Assembly (NCBI GenBank): GCA_000934665.2 | Contig: JYFJ02003671.1 | Coordinates: forward strand, 1-38,977 | DNA from: Catajapyx aquilonaris | Lineage: Eukaryota | Reading direction: 5' to 3' | DNA length: 38,977 nucleotides | Part shown: in pieces, positions 1 through 11,834 of the stretch | Layout of the letters: each line of letters opens with the position of its first letter | Numbering within the stretch: the stretch's first letter is position 1 | Position numbers and translations under genes: made by a program | Notes under the pieces: model-generated | What the model was told of the DNA's origin: nothing | What the model saw: only the letters and a program-made list of their open reading frames with translations | Database searches by the model: none

Positions 1-81
1 ACGCGTACGCATTTCTGAAGTATCTCTATTAATCTTGTAGGTTGACAAATCCAGCCCCCGATACTCAAATGAGCCAAGGTA

Positions 82-363
82 CAGTGCTGGACATTAATTC
101 CGGCGTACTGCTAGCGACATTGTCCGATGCGGCAGAAGTGCAAAGCGAATCGATGGAGTGCGAACTGTAAGTAAGAAATGGTAGGCCTTGGTTGTCGTCA
201 CCAGCTGGAGGCAATGGAGAAAAAAGGCTTGTCACCAGCCGGCGATGTCACCCACGGCCTACCATTTCTTACTCACACGATTCCCACTCCATAAATTTAC
301 TTTGCACTTCTGCCGCATCGGAAAATGTCGCTAGCAGTATGACGGAATTAATGTCCAGCACTG
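82..363. mobile_element. Tc1/mariner-type MITE (family A, copy 1)
   Basis: TIRs CAGTGCTGGACATTAATT...AATTAATGTCCAGCACTG, TA on both flanks, internally near-palindromic. Related copy at 20198-20479. Confidence 0.85.
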
Positions 364-645
364 TACACCATCATTTCTGTTTCAACTCTTGAATGTAATT
401 AAAATAACCCCACAATTCCAATAAATGCTTTCTCTTGAAATGAGCAGCACATTGACTTGCCTGTAACAGCCAGTGTATATCAGCATGCTGTTATTTGCAT
501 GGTAATGTGGGGAAAATATTGTTATCATCATACCCCATAATTCCAAACAAATACCATGTGTTACAAAATTCAGCTCACATCCCTATCAGTAAAAATTTAG
601 CAGACGCTCAGTTACTCAGCTTCAACTTTGGCACACAGCTATATA

Positions 646-1058
646 CAGAGTGAAGGGAAACTCGCGCCCAATCTAATATAGGAATGTGCAATTAGTTTTG
701 GGCGCCATTGCATAGTTAATGCATATGGCGCCGTCCAAGTTTCGTGACGTCATTCCCATTCTGCCAGCTATAAAGAAGCAAAAGCCAGCTGAAGGGCCTC
801 CAAACAATCCAGCCTTAGGTTCATAACACATCGCCCATGTGCAATAGGTGATCAAATCCCGTCGAAGTAAAAATCAGTGTACGGCACCTGTGCACTTGTT
901 ATTTTTACCTCATCTTTTACCATCTGGCTGTCTACAATTTAAAGGCGCCTACGCATTAACTACGCACCGGCGCCCAAAATTAATTTCACATCCCTATATT
1001 AGTTTTGCAAGTACGATCAGTCTACCTGGTGATTGGGCGCGAGTTTCCCTTCACCCTG
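646..1058. mobile_element. mariner-type MITE
   Basis: TIR CAG(A/G)GTGAAGGGAAACTCGCGCCCAAT at both ends, TA TSD. Confidence 0.85.
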
Positions 1059-1076
1059 TATGCAGAGTGTTTCTAA

Positions 1077-1422
1077 CTAGTCCAGCCAACTGCCGTCAGC
1101 ATATTCCTTGGCCAAAACAATTCGAAAATGTAGGGGGGAGAAATGTTGAGGGACCAACTGTTAACGAGGTAGACCACCAGAAACTTGGCCGGTGGTTGCC
1201 GAAGTTGCAGGATATGAGTAGTGATAATCACTTTGTGAAAGAGGTGACCTTGCAAATCCCAACAGTTGTGATTTTCACACTCATATCCTGCTCCTCTGGC
1301 AACCATTGACCAATGTTTCTGGTCAAGGTCATGTTAACAGTTGCTCCCTCGACATTTCTCCCCCCTACATTTTCGACTTCTTTTGGCTCAAGGCATACGC
1401 TGACGGCCGTTGGTTGGACAAG
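1077..1422. mobile_element. palindromic MITE
   Basis: About 90-bp imperfect inverted arms (CTAGTCCAGCCAAC...GTTGGTTGGACAAG). Related fragment near 17175-17345. Confidence 0.7.
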
Positions 1423-2380
1423 TAACAAACACTCTGTATATATACCATTGTAAAGCTCATTAAATGAGCTTTCCCATGGTGTATATAACTCCCTTGCAGG
1501 TGAAGCATCAGGAGAAAAAGGAAATAAGGGTCCCATGAGATATCCACCTGCATGGATGTGAACTCCATTCTGAAACACAGTCTAAATATAAAATGTAATA
1601 CTGCATCATATATTGTAAAACATACTTAAAAGGGTAGCTTGCGATGAACAATGAATTTAACATGTATATATTTAAGTATAATATCAAATATAAAAGTTTC
1701 TCTTGCCATTTTTAAGGCCTGCATTCAACTCAAGTCAAATAAAAGCTTGCTCTCATGCAATGCGGCCATGATTGCCTCATGTGTCATGATTCACCCTCTT
1801 TTAAACCACATGGTTCCAAGGCCTGTACACATAATGACTGACAAATCACAGGGTTTTTAACTCCAGGTAGAGGTCACGTCAGGGTTGAAGTCAGGGTCAA
1901 GTTGGATCTGCACACATAACAATAAACAAGGCAACCAGCAGCCAGATAGCCACAGTTGCTTTGGCTTCTTCCTAATCAAACCAAATCAAACCAAACTCAA
2001 CTCCACCCCCAAAACCGTGTCGTGCTTTTCCCAAGAAACAATATTGCACACTTTTGTGGGGTGTCTCTCGTCACTCTGACCCATTCCTACACCCAGCCTT
2101 GAATGTCTTGAAAAATAGCCTAAACACTTTTTCAGACTTGACCCTGCCTGCCATTATCAAACATGGCTGTCAGAGTCAATGCTTCTCCCCGACCAGGGTT
2201 GACTTCAGGACCAACTTGACCCAGCAAAGTGAGGATCGAATACCATTATGTTATGGACAGGGGGAACAACCCCCTCTCAACTTGCAGTCAACCCTTGCTC
2301 CGCGTTCCAAAATCCACTGTGTACACAGGCCCAAGTGTCTGGAACTTTGCAAGCAGGTCTTTCTGCGGGAGCATTTTGGG

Positions 2381-2742
2381 TTTCTCCAGTGACTCCAAGA
2401 CCAAATTGTCACTCATCCATAGCAATGAATGCGTTTCTCCAGTGACTCCAAGACCAAATTGTCACTCATCCATAGCAATGAATGCGTTTCTCCAGTGACT
2501 CCAAGACCAAATTGTCACTCATCCATAGCAATGAATGCGTTTCTCCAGTGACTCCAAGACCAAATTGTCACTCATCCATAGCAATGAATGTGTTTCTCCA
2601 ATGACTCCAAGACCAAATTGTCACTCATCCATAGGAATGAATGCGTTTCTCCAGTGACTCCAAGACCAAATTGTCACTCATCCATAGCAATGAATGTGTT
2701 TCTCCAATGACTCCAAGACCAAATTGTCACTCATCCATAGCA
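2381..2742. repeat. 53-bp tandem repeat, about 6.8 copies
   Basis: Unit TTTCTCCAGTGACTCCAAGACCAAATTGTCACTCATCCATAGCAATGAATGCG recurs at 2381, 2434, 2487, 2540, 2593, 2646 and 2699. No spacers. Confidence 0.95.
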
Positions 2743-3325
2743 TTAAGGTGAAGATGCTGGTTTGTTAAGTTGGAAGATCTTGAAAGGTGAGATTCAGCTA
2801 CAATTTCCAAGTGTCCTCTTCATTTTGTCATCCAGAATTATACCTGCATTAAAAATTTTAATGTCCATCATCAATTTCAGGTGAAAAACCTGTACCATTT
2901 AAACACTGGTAATATTGTAGGACGAGTCTAGTAATACAAAATGGCAAATGTTGTTGTTTCATTACCAAAATGATCCTGACCATCCTGAGTAACATCATGT
3001 AAAACATGCCATGTGTTTCAAAATTGGTCTCACGTACCAGTGGGAATTGTGTTGACAATCTACCCTACGACCTCGCCTTCTGGTTATGCCTGGAATCATA
3101 CATACCAGAGAAAAGCCCATCAAGTGGACTTTCCACCAATGTGTGTAACTCATTTCTGAAATTGAAAATGACAGAAGCGGGCAGAAATGAGTGGCCATGA
3201 AATTTCCACTGATACTTATGTGAAGTAAATTCCAAAGCACATGGTGTTAAGAGTCAGTGATGAAGGCATTTCAATACATTTCAAGCAAATTCACAGTTTC
3301 GTGAGCAGATTGATTTGTCAATATA

Positions 3326-3643
3326 CACTGCACTCCTGATTATCCGTGCTAATGAATGCCTGGGTGTGCCTGGAAAACCAGAAAACATGGACAATCCAAA
3401 TATGGTCCTAGGCACTGTAAAATGAACTATTCAGAGGTTTTTTAATGAACTACTCCACATGCTGCATACTTCTTCAAATAAGGTTTAATCAAAATAATAA
3501 TCTTTATTATAGATTTTTAATGTCTTCTTAAAAAAGTATGTTATATTTGCAAGACATGTTGACATTCTTGAGGATATTTATTTCTAATCCCACTTTTTGG
3601 CGATGCATGGATAATCTGCACCCAGATAATCAGGAGTACATTG
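3326..3643. mobile_element. pogo/Tigger-like MITE
   Basis: TIR CACTGCACTCCTGATTATC / GATAATCAGGAGTACATTG with TA flanks. Related fragment near 13847-13950. Confidence 0.65.
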
Positions 3644-4057
3644 TAATGGTGCTGTGTAAACATAAAGGTATTGTGACTCATCCTGTCTCCTCCTTATCAT
3701 CACTGGAAATTCAGTAGTTCTACCATATTTACATTCTGAGAGCAGCAGGCCAGTCATATTGGAGGTGACTATAATTGGAACACACCCACTTGGTGGCTAT
3801 ATTGGTTTGCTGACATAGCATTGAGTTTGTCTACATTTTTAAAATCTGCAAAAAATCAAGCTGAAACTTAATTTCTTCCTAAAAAATAGAAATATTCAAG
3901 GGAATAAAGTCTTGACCCCATTTCCCTGTCAATCAGTGGCAATTATACAGGTTGTTTCACTAAATAGTCACCCCAAAGAATCGACTAAATTTTTCTTCCC
4001 ACTCTACCTAGAAACATGATGTTTGGTTTAAAAGTTACCTTAGTTCGTGGGAATGTA

Positions 4058-4537
4058 GCACCATTCGCAATAAATGCTGTAATTGACCTTCAAAGACGTC
4101 CTTACGCACTCAAACGCAATTCAACGCAACACTCCGCATTATCGAAGATCCTACACAGCATATCTTCATAAATGGATTGCTGCACTTATGTTGGTTTCCA
4201 AGTCTTCTCACGTTGAGGCTCACTGTTATAAGCACAACCCTTCAAATATCCCCATTCGTGGCTCTTTTGACATGTGGAAACAGGACACCTGGGTTTCTTG
4301 TGACAAAATCGTGGTGACTTTTTCGGTCATTCCAGCAGCCTGTGCTTCCCTTTTTCTATTTTTTCTTCCTCTAAACTCTAAAGGAGTTCATCTACCACTG
4401 TATTGATCCAAAACACTTCGTGCAGCAATCCTTACTATTAATGTCGATATGCTCTGGAGGGCCTTCGATAATAAGGAGTTAAGGAGTGCATATGGAGGTC
4501 GTTGAAAGTCAAGTATAGCATTTATTGTGAATGGTGC
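4058..4537. mobile_element. MITE with about 55-bp degenerate TIRs
   Basis: GCACCATTCGCAATAAATGCT... versus ...AGCATTTATTGTGAATGGTGC, TA flanks. Confidence 0.65.
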
Positions 4538-5234
4538 TACAATGCTTCTGTCAATCACTTTTAGAAGCTTGTTGATAAAACACAACTTTCTCCCACTCTT
4601 TGAGGAAGGTTTAATTGTAATTAATAAGGAAGAGTTCACAAGTGCACTTCACTTCTAATCTGCAATTCATTGTGCCCCTCCACACCAAGTATTTCAAGAC
4701 ATTTAAAAGTGCTTCATGGACATGGTGGGGTCCTTGTGGGAAAAGTTGAGCCAGATGGATTTGGATGCGGGGAAACAAAAAGAAGTAAGTCATCATCAGA
4801 CCTCATTTTCTGACAAACTGGTTCTTGAATTATCTTTATGGTACTAGAACCATTAGTTGTCACTGAATACCCACCAGTTTCCTTAGAAGCTTAACAGAGT
4901 GGATCTATGGCTATGGAAAATCTGAGTTTGTGGGAAATTGGTGGGTGATGGAACTTTTTAAGTACTTTTCCTGAAATCAGCACCCAGACATTTAGCAGAA
5001 TTGGCTATTAGTTTCCAAGAAGTTTTTCCATTGCAGGCCTGTGTTTTCAATGAAAAAATGGAAGCATAAACATTACCCCACTTTAAAGAGGCTGGCAAGC
5101 TCTCTCTGGGTATATTGCCTTGCTGGTCACCTTCGCTTTATACTGGCATGCTGCTCTATGAGCTAAAATGTGGCACAAAGCAAACCAATGAGTGTCCTAC
5201 CAGTTGTAACAGTCCGGAACCACCCATCTTGCTT

Positions 5235-5879
5235 TCACATATCGCACTGGAAGGGATGCACCACCTCCGGATGTCCCCTGAGATGCTTCTGCAATGCTGC
5301 TAGCTGTGGAAAACCTTTCTTACACACCCTGCACTGAAACTGTGTGCTGACACTGCCATCCCCAGAATGAATCACCATGTGCTTATGTAAGTTCCCCTTA
5401 AAAGAGAAAGTCCTCTGGCACATGTCACACTGGTAAGGTTTGCTCCGAGAGTGAGTTTGCTCATGATTTCGAAGGTTTTGCTGCCTGGAAAATCCCTTCC
5501 CACACGTTCCACATGTGAACTGTGGCTTGTTACTTGACTGTGGTCCTCCTGAATGCAGCAGGAGGTGCTGCCTCACTCCATGCTTCTTGGCAAATGTCTC
5601 TGGGCAGAAACGGCACTGGTAGAACTTCTTTCCCTCGAAGGTAGTCTCACAAGAGGTCAAATCAGCTGAGGTGAGTCCTGCCATAGAACTGCTGAGAATG
5701 TCTTCACCTTTGTGAACTTTGGAAGTGTCCTCTCGCTCCTCACGGTACTTATCCTTTTCTGGTGGCTGTGACGCAGAGGACACAGGGGGCATCTCCTCCA
5801 GGATGGTGATGCTTCCAGAAGGATCACGGCGCATCTCAACCGAGACAGAATTGGCAGCAAAGGCTGCCACCTGAGTGTC
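5235..5879 (-). CDS. Gene 1 terminal coding exon: four C2H2 zinc fingers
   Basis: Fingers CRFC..HLLLH, CGTC..HEQTH, CDMC..HMVIH and CRVC..HLRGH. Acceptor ttctccttgcag|GAC is phase 0, matching the donor at 13122. An alternative in-frame acceptor at 5928 is phase 2. Stop TGA at 5237-5235. Confidence 0.88.
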   Translation of the reverse strand, partial: DTQVAAFAANSVSVEMRRDPSGSITILEEMPPVSSASQPPEKDKYREEREDTSKVHKGEDILSSSMAGLTSADLTSCETTFEGKKFYQCRFCPETFAKKHGVRQHLLLHSGGPQSSNKPQFTCGTCGKGFSRQQNLRNHEQTHSRSKPYQCDMCQRTFSFKGNLHKHMVIHSGDGSVSTQFQCRVCKKGFPQLAALQKHLRGHPEVVHPFQCDM

Positions 5880-6257
5880 CTGCAAGGAGAATAAGGCAGC
5901 CCAATTATTGCACTCTTTCACTATTTTACTAGGTGCGAGGAGAAATTATTAGTTCATACAGCCTGGAATGGCTGCTTTAGGAACATAAGCAGAGCATAAG
6001 AAACAGTGGAGTCCAACAAGCAACACTGCTCACAGAAATTTGCTTATTTATCTGATTTCCAATAACCAGAAAGTATTAGGTTACTTGTAGCAGGTCAAAG
6101 TAACTGTTTATGCCTCTAGTATGGCCAAAAAAGGAATAACTGATAGCCATCAAAATGACATAGGAGTACCAGTTTGAGGCACACAATCCCCTGGTACAGT
6201 ACTGTACAGTACCGTTCATAAAGAATGGTACCACTCTATATGGACGAAATAATGTTT

Positions 6258-6548
6258 ATCCTGTTCTCAACCCCTGGGTCGCCAGCATGTTTTTATGGGT
6301 CATGAGGAAGTCCAGAAAAAGAGAATCAAAATAAAATTAAAAGGAGAAGAAAAAAACAGCGAAGTAGGAAAATTTTAGGGGGGAAATTCACATCAAAAAT
6401 TATATACCGTAAGTAAGCATTGACCATGGTTGAACATTTTGGTAATTAAAATTTTTATTTAAAACTCGGGATGGGTCATATGAGTCACCAGAGGTCCAGA
6501 AAAGGTTGCCCATAGGGTTTCATTGAAATAAGGTTGGGAATAATGCTG
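6258..6548. mobile_element. degenerate hAT (Charlie/MER5-like) MITE
   Basis: GTTCTCAACCCCTGGGTCG... start and ...AAGGTTGGGAA end, typical of hAT MITE termini. Confidence 0.45.
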
Positions 6549-6613
6549 GATAATCAGGATAAACATTTCCTATACAATGTGACAGTCTATTCTCGGCCAT
6601 GGAATGTTACCAC

Positions 6614-6777
6614 ACAGTAACAAACTAGCAGTTGTTCCATATTTTCGTTGGTTAGTTGGCGCCGGTTGCTGACAATACCTCTTTATATGCTAAAAACCAC
6701 CTTTCAACGCCACATGAAGTAACTGGATCATACTTGAAAAGTGAAATGTCTTCTACTGCCAGTTCATCTGGCATGCC
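6614..6777 (-). pseudogene. hAT-type transposase C-terminal fragment
   Basis: Manual translation PDELAVEDISLFKYDPVTSCGVERWFLAYKEVLS, then after a frameshift NRRQLTNENMEQLLVCYC. Resembles the hAT dimerisation motif TSCxVERSFS...RRxLTxENL. Subterminal (TAGGCGCAAG)x3 repeats lie near 6899-6935. Confidence 0.75.
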
Positions 6778-7086
6778 TACAGCTTCTTAGCCCCCATTGG
6801 TTGAAGCAGGAGGGATGCCTTGAACAGAAAACCCTCAAAAACTCTCAAAAATCCTACAGAACAGCGTCAAAAAAGAAAAAAGAACAGCGTGGTGGGAATA
6901 GGCGCAAGTAGGCGCAAGTAGGCGCAAATAGGCCATTCAGGTTCCAACGTCCAAAATAGGCAATTTTAGGTTCCATAAAACTACGATTTTTGAGGTCCTT
7001 GTGTTATGAAATGGATTAGATATATTTTGGTTCCGGTGTTCTGCCTACAGAATCAAAAGTAGGGAAAACCCTACAAATCTCTTCTC

Positions 7087-7200
7087 ATTATTATCATCAT
7101 CATCATCATCTATCATATTAAACTCCTTGCGGGAGTTGGCCGAGCCCTCTGATTGGTCCGCCGCATATTGTTACCGCCACCTCCCCATTGGCCCGCGTTC
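7087..7200 (-). mobile_element. possible 3' end of a non-LTR retroelement with (GAT)n tail
   Basis: (ATC)n/(ATT)n microsatellite abutting a GC-rich segment, as in RTE-type tails. No TSD found. Confidence 0.35.
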
Positions 7201-7456
7201 TACTTATGAGCAATGCGGTGTAAACAACTCCTCTGTTGGGTTGCCAGGGAAACTGTCCATTCCTTCTCTGTATTGTTGCCCAGTTGGCACTACTGTGAAG
7301 GTGTTTACAGAGTCAGTTCCCTTTATGGAACGACAGACACAGGACAGACATGTTGTCACTTCTCACTAATCAGGCCATTCGAAGACTGCTGGAGGGCTAA
7401 CATTACACCCTCCCCTGGTGATATGGTGTGCCGAATAGGTACCCCAGGCCGCGGGC

Positions 7457-7537
7457 CTAGAAAAGAGCAAGCGAAGCGAGTGGTTTTCTAGGCCTGCACC
7501 CTAGGAAAATGCGAGTGGAGCGAGGGTTTTCCTAGTT
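7457..7537 (+). mobile_element. Helitron-like 3' terminal motifs (tandem pair)
   Basis: Two copies of GAAAA..GCGA(A/G)..GCGAG..GGTTTT(C)CTAG, the second ending CTAG|T. Confidence 0.4.
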
Positions 7538-8380
7538 ATTATATAAACTGCCAACATGTCCCTATTTATGCTGCTCTAGTTCAGATCTTGGAACTTAATG
7601 CAATACCATTTAAATGCTTTTCTACAGCAAGCAACACTGCCATTAAGACATGCCCAGCCACAAACTTTTGATAGCCATTTTTGACCATCCACACTTCACT
7701 AAGAAGAAACCAGCAGCTATTTTTTACTGATCTCCCCCAAAATGAGCAAAAACTGTAGTCCAGGTAATGCTATTGGCAGTATCTCACCAAGGTAAATGTA
7801 TAAATACTTGAAGACCGGCTTTCAAGGAAACATTGGCACTACGACAGATCACTGATATTGATTGCCCAACACCAATGAAGTTCGCCTAGAACGAAAATCA
7901 CCTGCATGTCGATGTTACAAATACAAATTACTGGAGAATGAATCATGTTTTAATTGCACAACTTATATGCTAATGAGCCACATGGAAGAGCAATGTTGGG
8001 GTGAGATATCAAGGGGTGGAACAAGATGAATAGGACAGTATTTACTTAGTGCGCCGGGTAATAGAGTTCGCCCAGGGTGCTAAACGCACCACAAAGTTTG
8101 CCTAGAAGCAGGTGACATAGCCATGGGCAGCAATGACGGCCTCCACACAACACGACATTGTGTTGAATTAGCTCTGGCACTCGGCTGGAGTGATGCTGTC
8201 CCAAACCTCCTGCAGTTTGGCCCTTATTTACATGCTAGGCAAACTTCAATGGTGTTGGGCAAGTAAACGAAACAATGTAAATCAGAAATTAGTAACAGTC
8301 ACAAAGACTGGCTAATCTGGATCATGGTGTACCAGCAGCAGTGTCAATGTTCAATTCTTTAGCAAGAAGGCTTTCAACTA

Positions 8381-8963
8381 CAGGGTGATTCTCCTGAAAC
8401 TGAACCCAAACATTCCTCAATAACTTTTGAATTATTGTATGGTTCTCAATGAAAATTGACATGTACTTACCTTGTATGATGCCAAACAAGGTCCGCCTAG
8501 AAAATATGAGGAAAATGGTCCCCTCCAGCATCCAAATTTTTTTGAATGCGAGTCTGCATATTGGAGTATACATGTGCTAATGTGACATCATAATGGCAGC
8601 AAACTCCTGCCGTATCAGGGCTTGAGGGCTTCAATTGTTATGGGCTTAATCCTGTATATGATGTGCAGCCCTTCATTAAACCCCACAAGAAGAAATCAGG
8701 TCTGGTGGGGCCTCCTCAACCCAAGGCCGCGCAGGTGTACCTGGCTGTCCCGCTTCCCTCTGCATCTGTCTTGTATACGCCAGTATGCAGACTCGCATTC
8801 AAAAATTCTTGGATGATGGAGGGGACAATTTCCAGCATATGCTTTAGGCAGACCTTGTTTGGCATCATACAAGGTAAGTACATGTCAATTTTCATTTAGA
8901 ACTATACAATAATTTAAAAGTTATTGAGGAATGTTTGGGTTCAGTTTCGGGAGAATCACCCTG
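8381..8963. mobile_element. mariner-derived MITE with about 190-bp TIRs and an internal transposase remnant
   Basis: CAGGGTGATTCTCC...GGAGAATCACCCTG with TA TSD. The minus-strand interior reads PPDL/DFFLWGLMKG/YRIKPITIEAL/IRQEFAAI with frameshifts (SPDLxPxDFFLWG motif). Confidence 0.85.
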
Positions 8964-9719
8964 TATACGCAGAATAATAGAGTAGGCTCTCCTAAGCTTT
9001 TGGTATGTTCCATTTTTCCTTCACATGAATTTCTGTAATTTTGTTATTGCAGGATAGGTCTATATTGGATAATTACATATTTATAGGCCTGCCAATTGAA
9101 TGTGTACATGGATCATTAGCCTTAATTGGCACAATGATCACTTCTATCATGTAAAACCGATTCCAAAGCATGAGCAGTAATGGAAGATGCCTATCTCTTT
9201 GCAAATTATTTAAAAAATAAAATCAATGTAGATATCTTTGTACCAAAGGCTATGGCAGACAGAAAACCCCTTCCATTAGACTTCGACAAATATTAACTCA
9301 TGCACTTTTTCCACCAGGCTTTTGTGAAAACTTGTCAAATGATTAGAAAATCCAGTAAGCAAAGCATACATATTAACACCAAAACTTAGTAATTATTTGG
9401 TCAAAAATAAAAAATCATGCAACAATGCCAGAAGACTCAGCACATAACTTTGTACTAGGATTGTGTTCAAAATAGATAGTAACAAATCAGTATCATAAGG
9501 GCATGTTGTATAGCTCCGGTTGAGAACTACCTCATTATTTCCCAATATCCTGAAGCATTTACCATTTCACCATTGAACTGAAGTATGTATCAGTTTGATG
9601 TATTGCTATGCAACCTGTCATGATAACTGAAAAATGGAGTACCAAAGTATGCCATCCCAATGTGCAAGAAAAAGAGTAGCTTTGAGACAGAGACAATGCA
9701 ATGATATTATTCCACTTAC

Positions 9720-9785
9720 CCTCTCATTTCCACTACTGCTCCATCCACATCACCACTGACTTCTTCTACGCTGAACACGGAATTT
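9720..9785 (-). CDS. Gene 1 putative 66-nt cassette exon
   Basis: ttttgcag|AAATTCC...GAGAGG|gtaagt. Of the phases compatible with the flanking splice sites it is open only in phase 2 (NSVFSVEEVSGDVDGAVVEMRG), which fits the donor at 13078 and the acceptor at 5928. Confidence 0.55.
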
Positions 9786-10024
9786 CTGCAAAAGCACATT
9801 GACTCTACTATTGCATATACTACAACTTCTTGCACATTGGTTGGGCCGCACTGTATGTATTTTGTGAATCTATTGTAAAGTAGCTAGTGAATTCTCGCAT
9901 AAGATATCAGTAAACTAATACTGAAGGTCATCTTGGTACCATATAAAAAATGGACCTTAATATGAACAATAGGCTAGTGTGTCCACTTGACCCTTTGACC
10001 CCAAAAAGCATCATATCACTAATT

Positions 10025-10371
10025 TATTTATTTTTTTATTTCTATTACCCTGTGATAACCCGATTGGGGTTTATAGGGGAGTGGATTACCACCATTTTAG
10101 AAATAATTTTACTTCATTCTTCGTGCAGGGACTTTCGGGATATAGAGTGGGGATAGGGATTGTTGGGGAGGGGACACTAGTGCAGGTGCAATGTCCTAGC
10201 CTTTGGGCCATGTGCAGTCCCCCAGGAGGTTAGGTTGCCAGACACCTCCTTGGTGCAGGTCAGAGACCCTCCCGACGCAGGTGAAAGGAAGTTCCCCAGG
10301 CGGGGATTGAACCTGGGGCCTTTCACTCAGCAAGCCGAGACGTTACCATCTCGGCCACCACACCTCCCCCG
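10025..10371 (-). mobile_element. tRNA-derived SINE
   Basis: A-box TGGCCGAGATGG, B-box GGTTCAATCCC, A-rich tail. 14-bp TSD TCATATCACTAATT at 10011-10024 and 10372-10385. Confidence 0.9.
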
Positions 10372-10559
10372 TCATATCACTAATTAGACAAATGTATGAC
10401 TATTTCTCCACAATAAATCTTCATTTGAAATGTTGCACCAACCCCATCAAGGTATTGGTTAGCTGGTCATCCTTATTATTTGCAATATATCACAAACCAC
10501 CACATATCTTTCATTACATGATGTGAAACTGCCAGTCCCCTTGTAATAAACATAAATAC

Positions 10560-11834
10560 CATATTTGGGTCAATATTTGGTAAAGGTACACTATGTTGTC
10601 CCAGTTCAGTAAATAGTAAAACACTTACATATATGCTAGGTTTGAGGTACAGTATTGCACTTATTCACATGTCATAAGACAAGTCAATTAAATAGAAGCA
10701 CTAAATATTTATAAATGAAGTTTTTGTGTCAATATTTGCTAAAGGATTAAATTGAGTATGCTAATGAAAGATTTAATTTTCTAACCATACCTTATGTATT
10801 TCCTGCATTCTCTTACTATTTGTATTAATACTGTGTAATGTCATCACATTTCACCAGAAACTTTCCTAGATAATTTTTTTTTCATTACTGTCACTACCAA
10901 TTAAATTTTTTTGCAAGTGTTAAAACATTACCCTTGTATTATACAGGGTGACTGAAGTCAGGATACATAGGTAATTTAATTCCATAGTTGGCTTCCAGTT
11001 GTGCCAACTCCAAGTGCCAATTGTGTCAACTCAAACTTTACTGACTGTCAATAATCTGCTAGTTGGTCCAACTGGAAACCAACCATTCAATCAAATTACC
11101 GATGTAACTTTCACATTCATAATTTTCCACACTTGCAAGTAAGAGAGCTGTGCCACTAAAATTGTCGTTATTGCAAAAGATGGGCCATTATCATTGTGCA
11201 ATTACTGTTATTCGAGGTTCATAACATGTATTCAAATTGACGAGACTTATTTGAATAAGAAAATTATATTTACATGTAACACTTTATTGATGGGAAGGGA
11301 CTATTTCCAATGCTGCATCATTTCTACAGTGCAGAAAACGAATTGACGTTCTGACGTCATCATTTTGTTCTCATGCAACAATAGGAGTAAACAATGTTCT
11401 TTTTGTTGACACTGTTTACTCATAATTTATTGCTGTGTGACGATGACATCAGACTGTAGTTTCGTTTTCCGCAGTTTATATCAGCAATTTAGAAAATTTT
11501 ATTGTGAAGTGGCAATTTATAACACAGTGCATGATAAACTTAGTTAATACTTGCAAGTGTGTACAGATGGTAATTTTATTCCCACATAGTAAAAGTGTAG
11601 GAAGTATGCTTATCATTTGTCTAATAAAAAGTTTGAATGTGAAAATTATTTAAAAGCAGTTGCTACGGTAATGACAGAAATATTATCATGTAAAATTTAT
11701 GATGAAATTTCGTAACATTACACAGTGCATTAAAAGACATAGTCACAGAATGCAGGAAATAAATTAATATAACAAAAAAACTTTTGTTACCATACCCAAC
11801 CTTTGACCTTTAAGTAACTATTGACCCACATATA
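10560..11834. mobile_element. old degenerate foldback element
   Basis: 10560-10590 and 10790-10900 are reverse-complementary to 11800-11834 and 11660-11765. Confidence 0.5.

Noticed and set aside
2050..2380. Additional minus-strand coding exon (CCCH-like CRNGSE)
   Set aside because: The frames examined contain multiple stops and the similarity is too weak to assign.
2381..2742. CRISPR-like array
   Set aside because: Units are contiguous with no unique spacers, there are no cas genes, and the context is eukaryotic.
5235..5237. Selenocysteine or readthrough at the terminal TGA
   Set aside because: The in-frame continuation (KQDGWFRT...) does not complete a zinc finger, and no SECIS was recognised.
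10290..10365. tRNA gene (also 19736-19795 and 37245-37310)
   Set aside because: A/B boxes are followed by SINE bodies, simple-repeat tails and TSDs, and there is no convincing cloverleaf.
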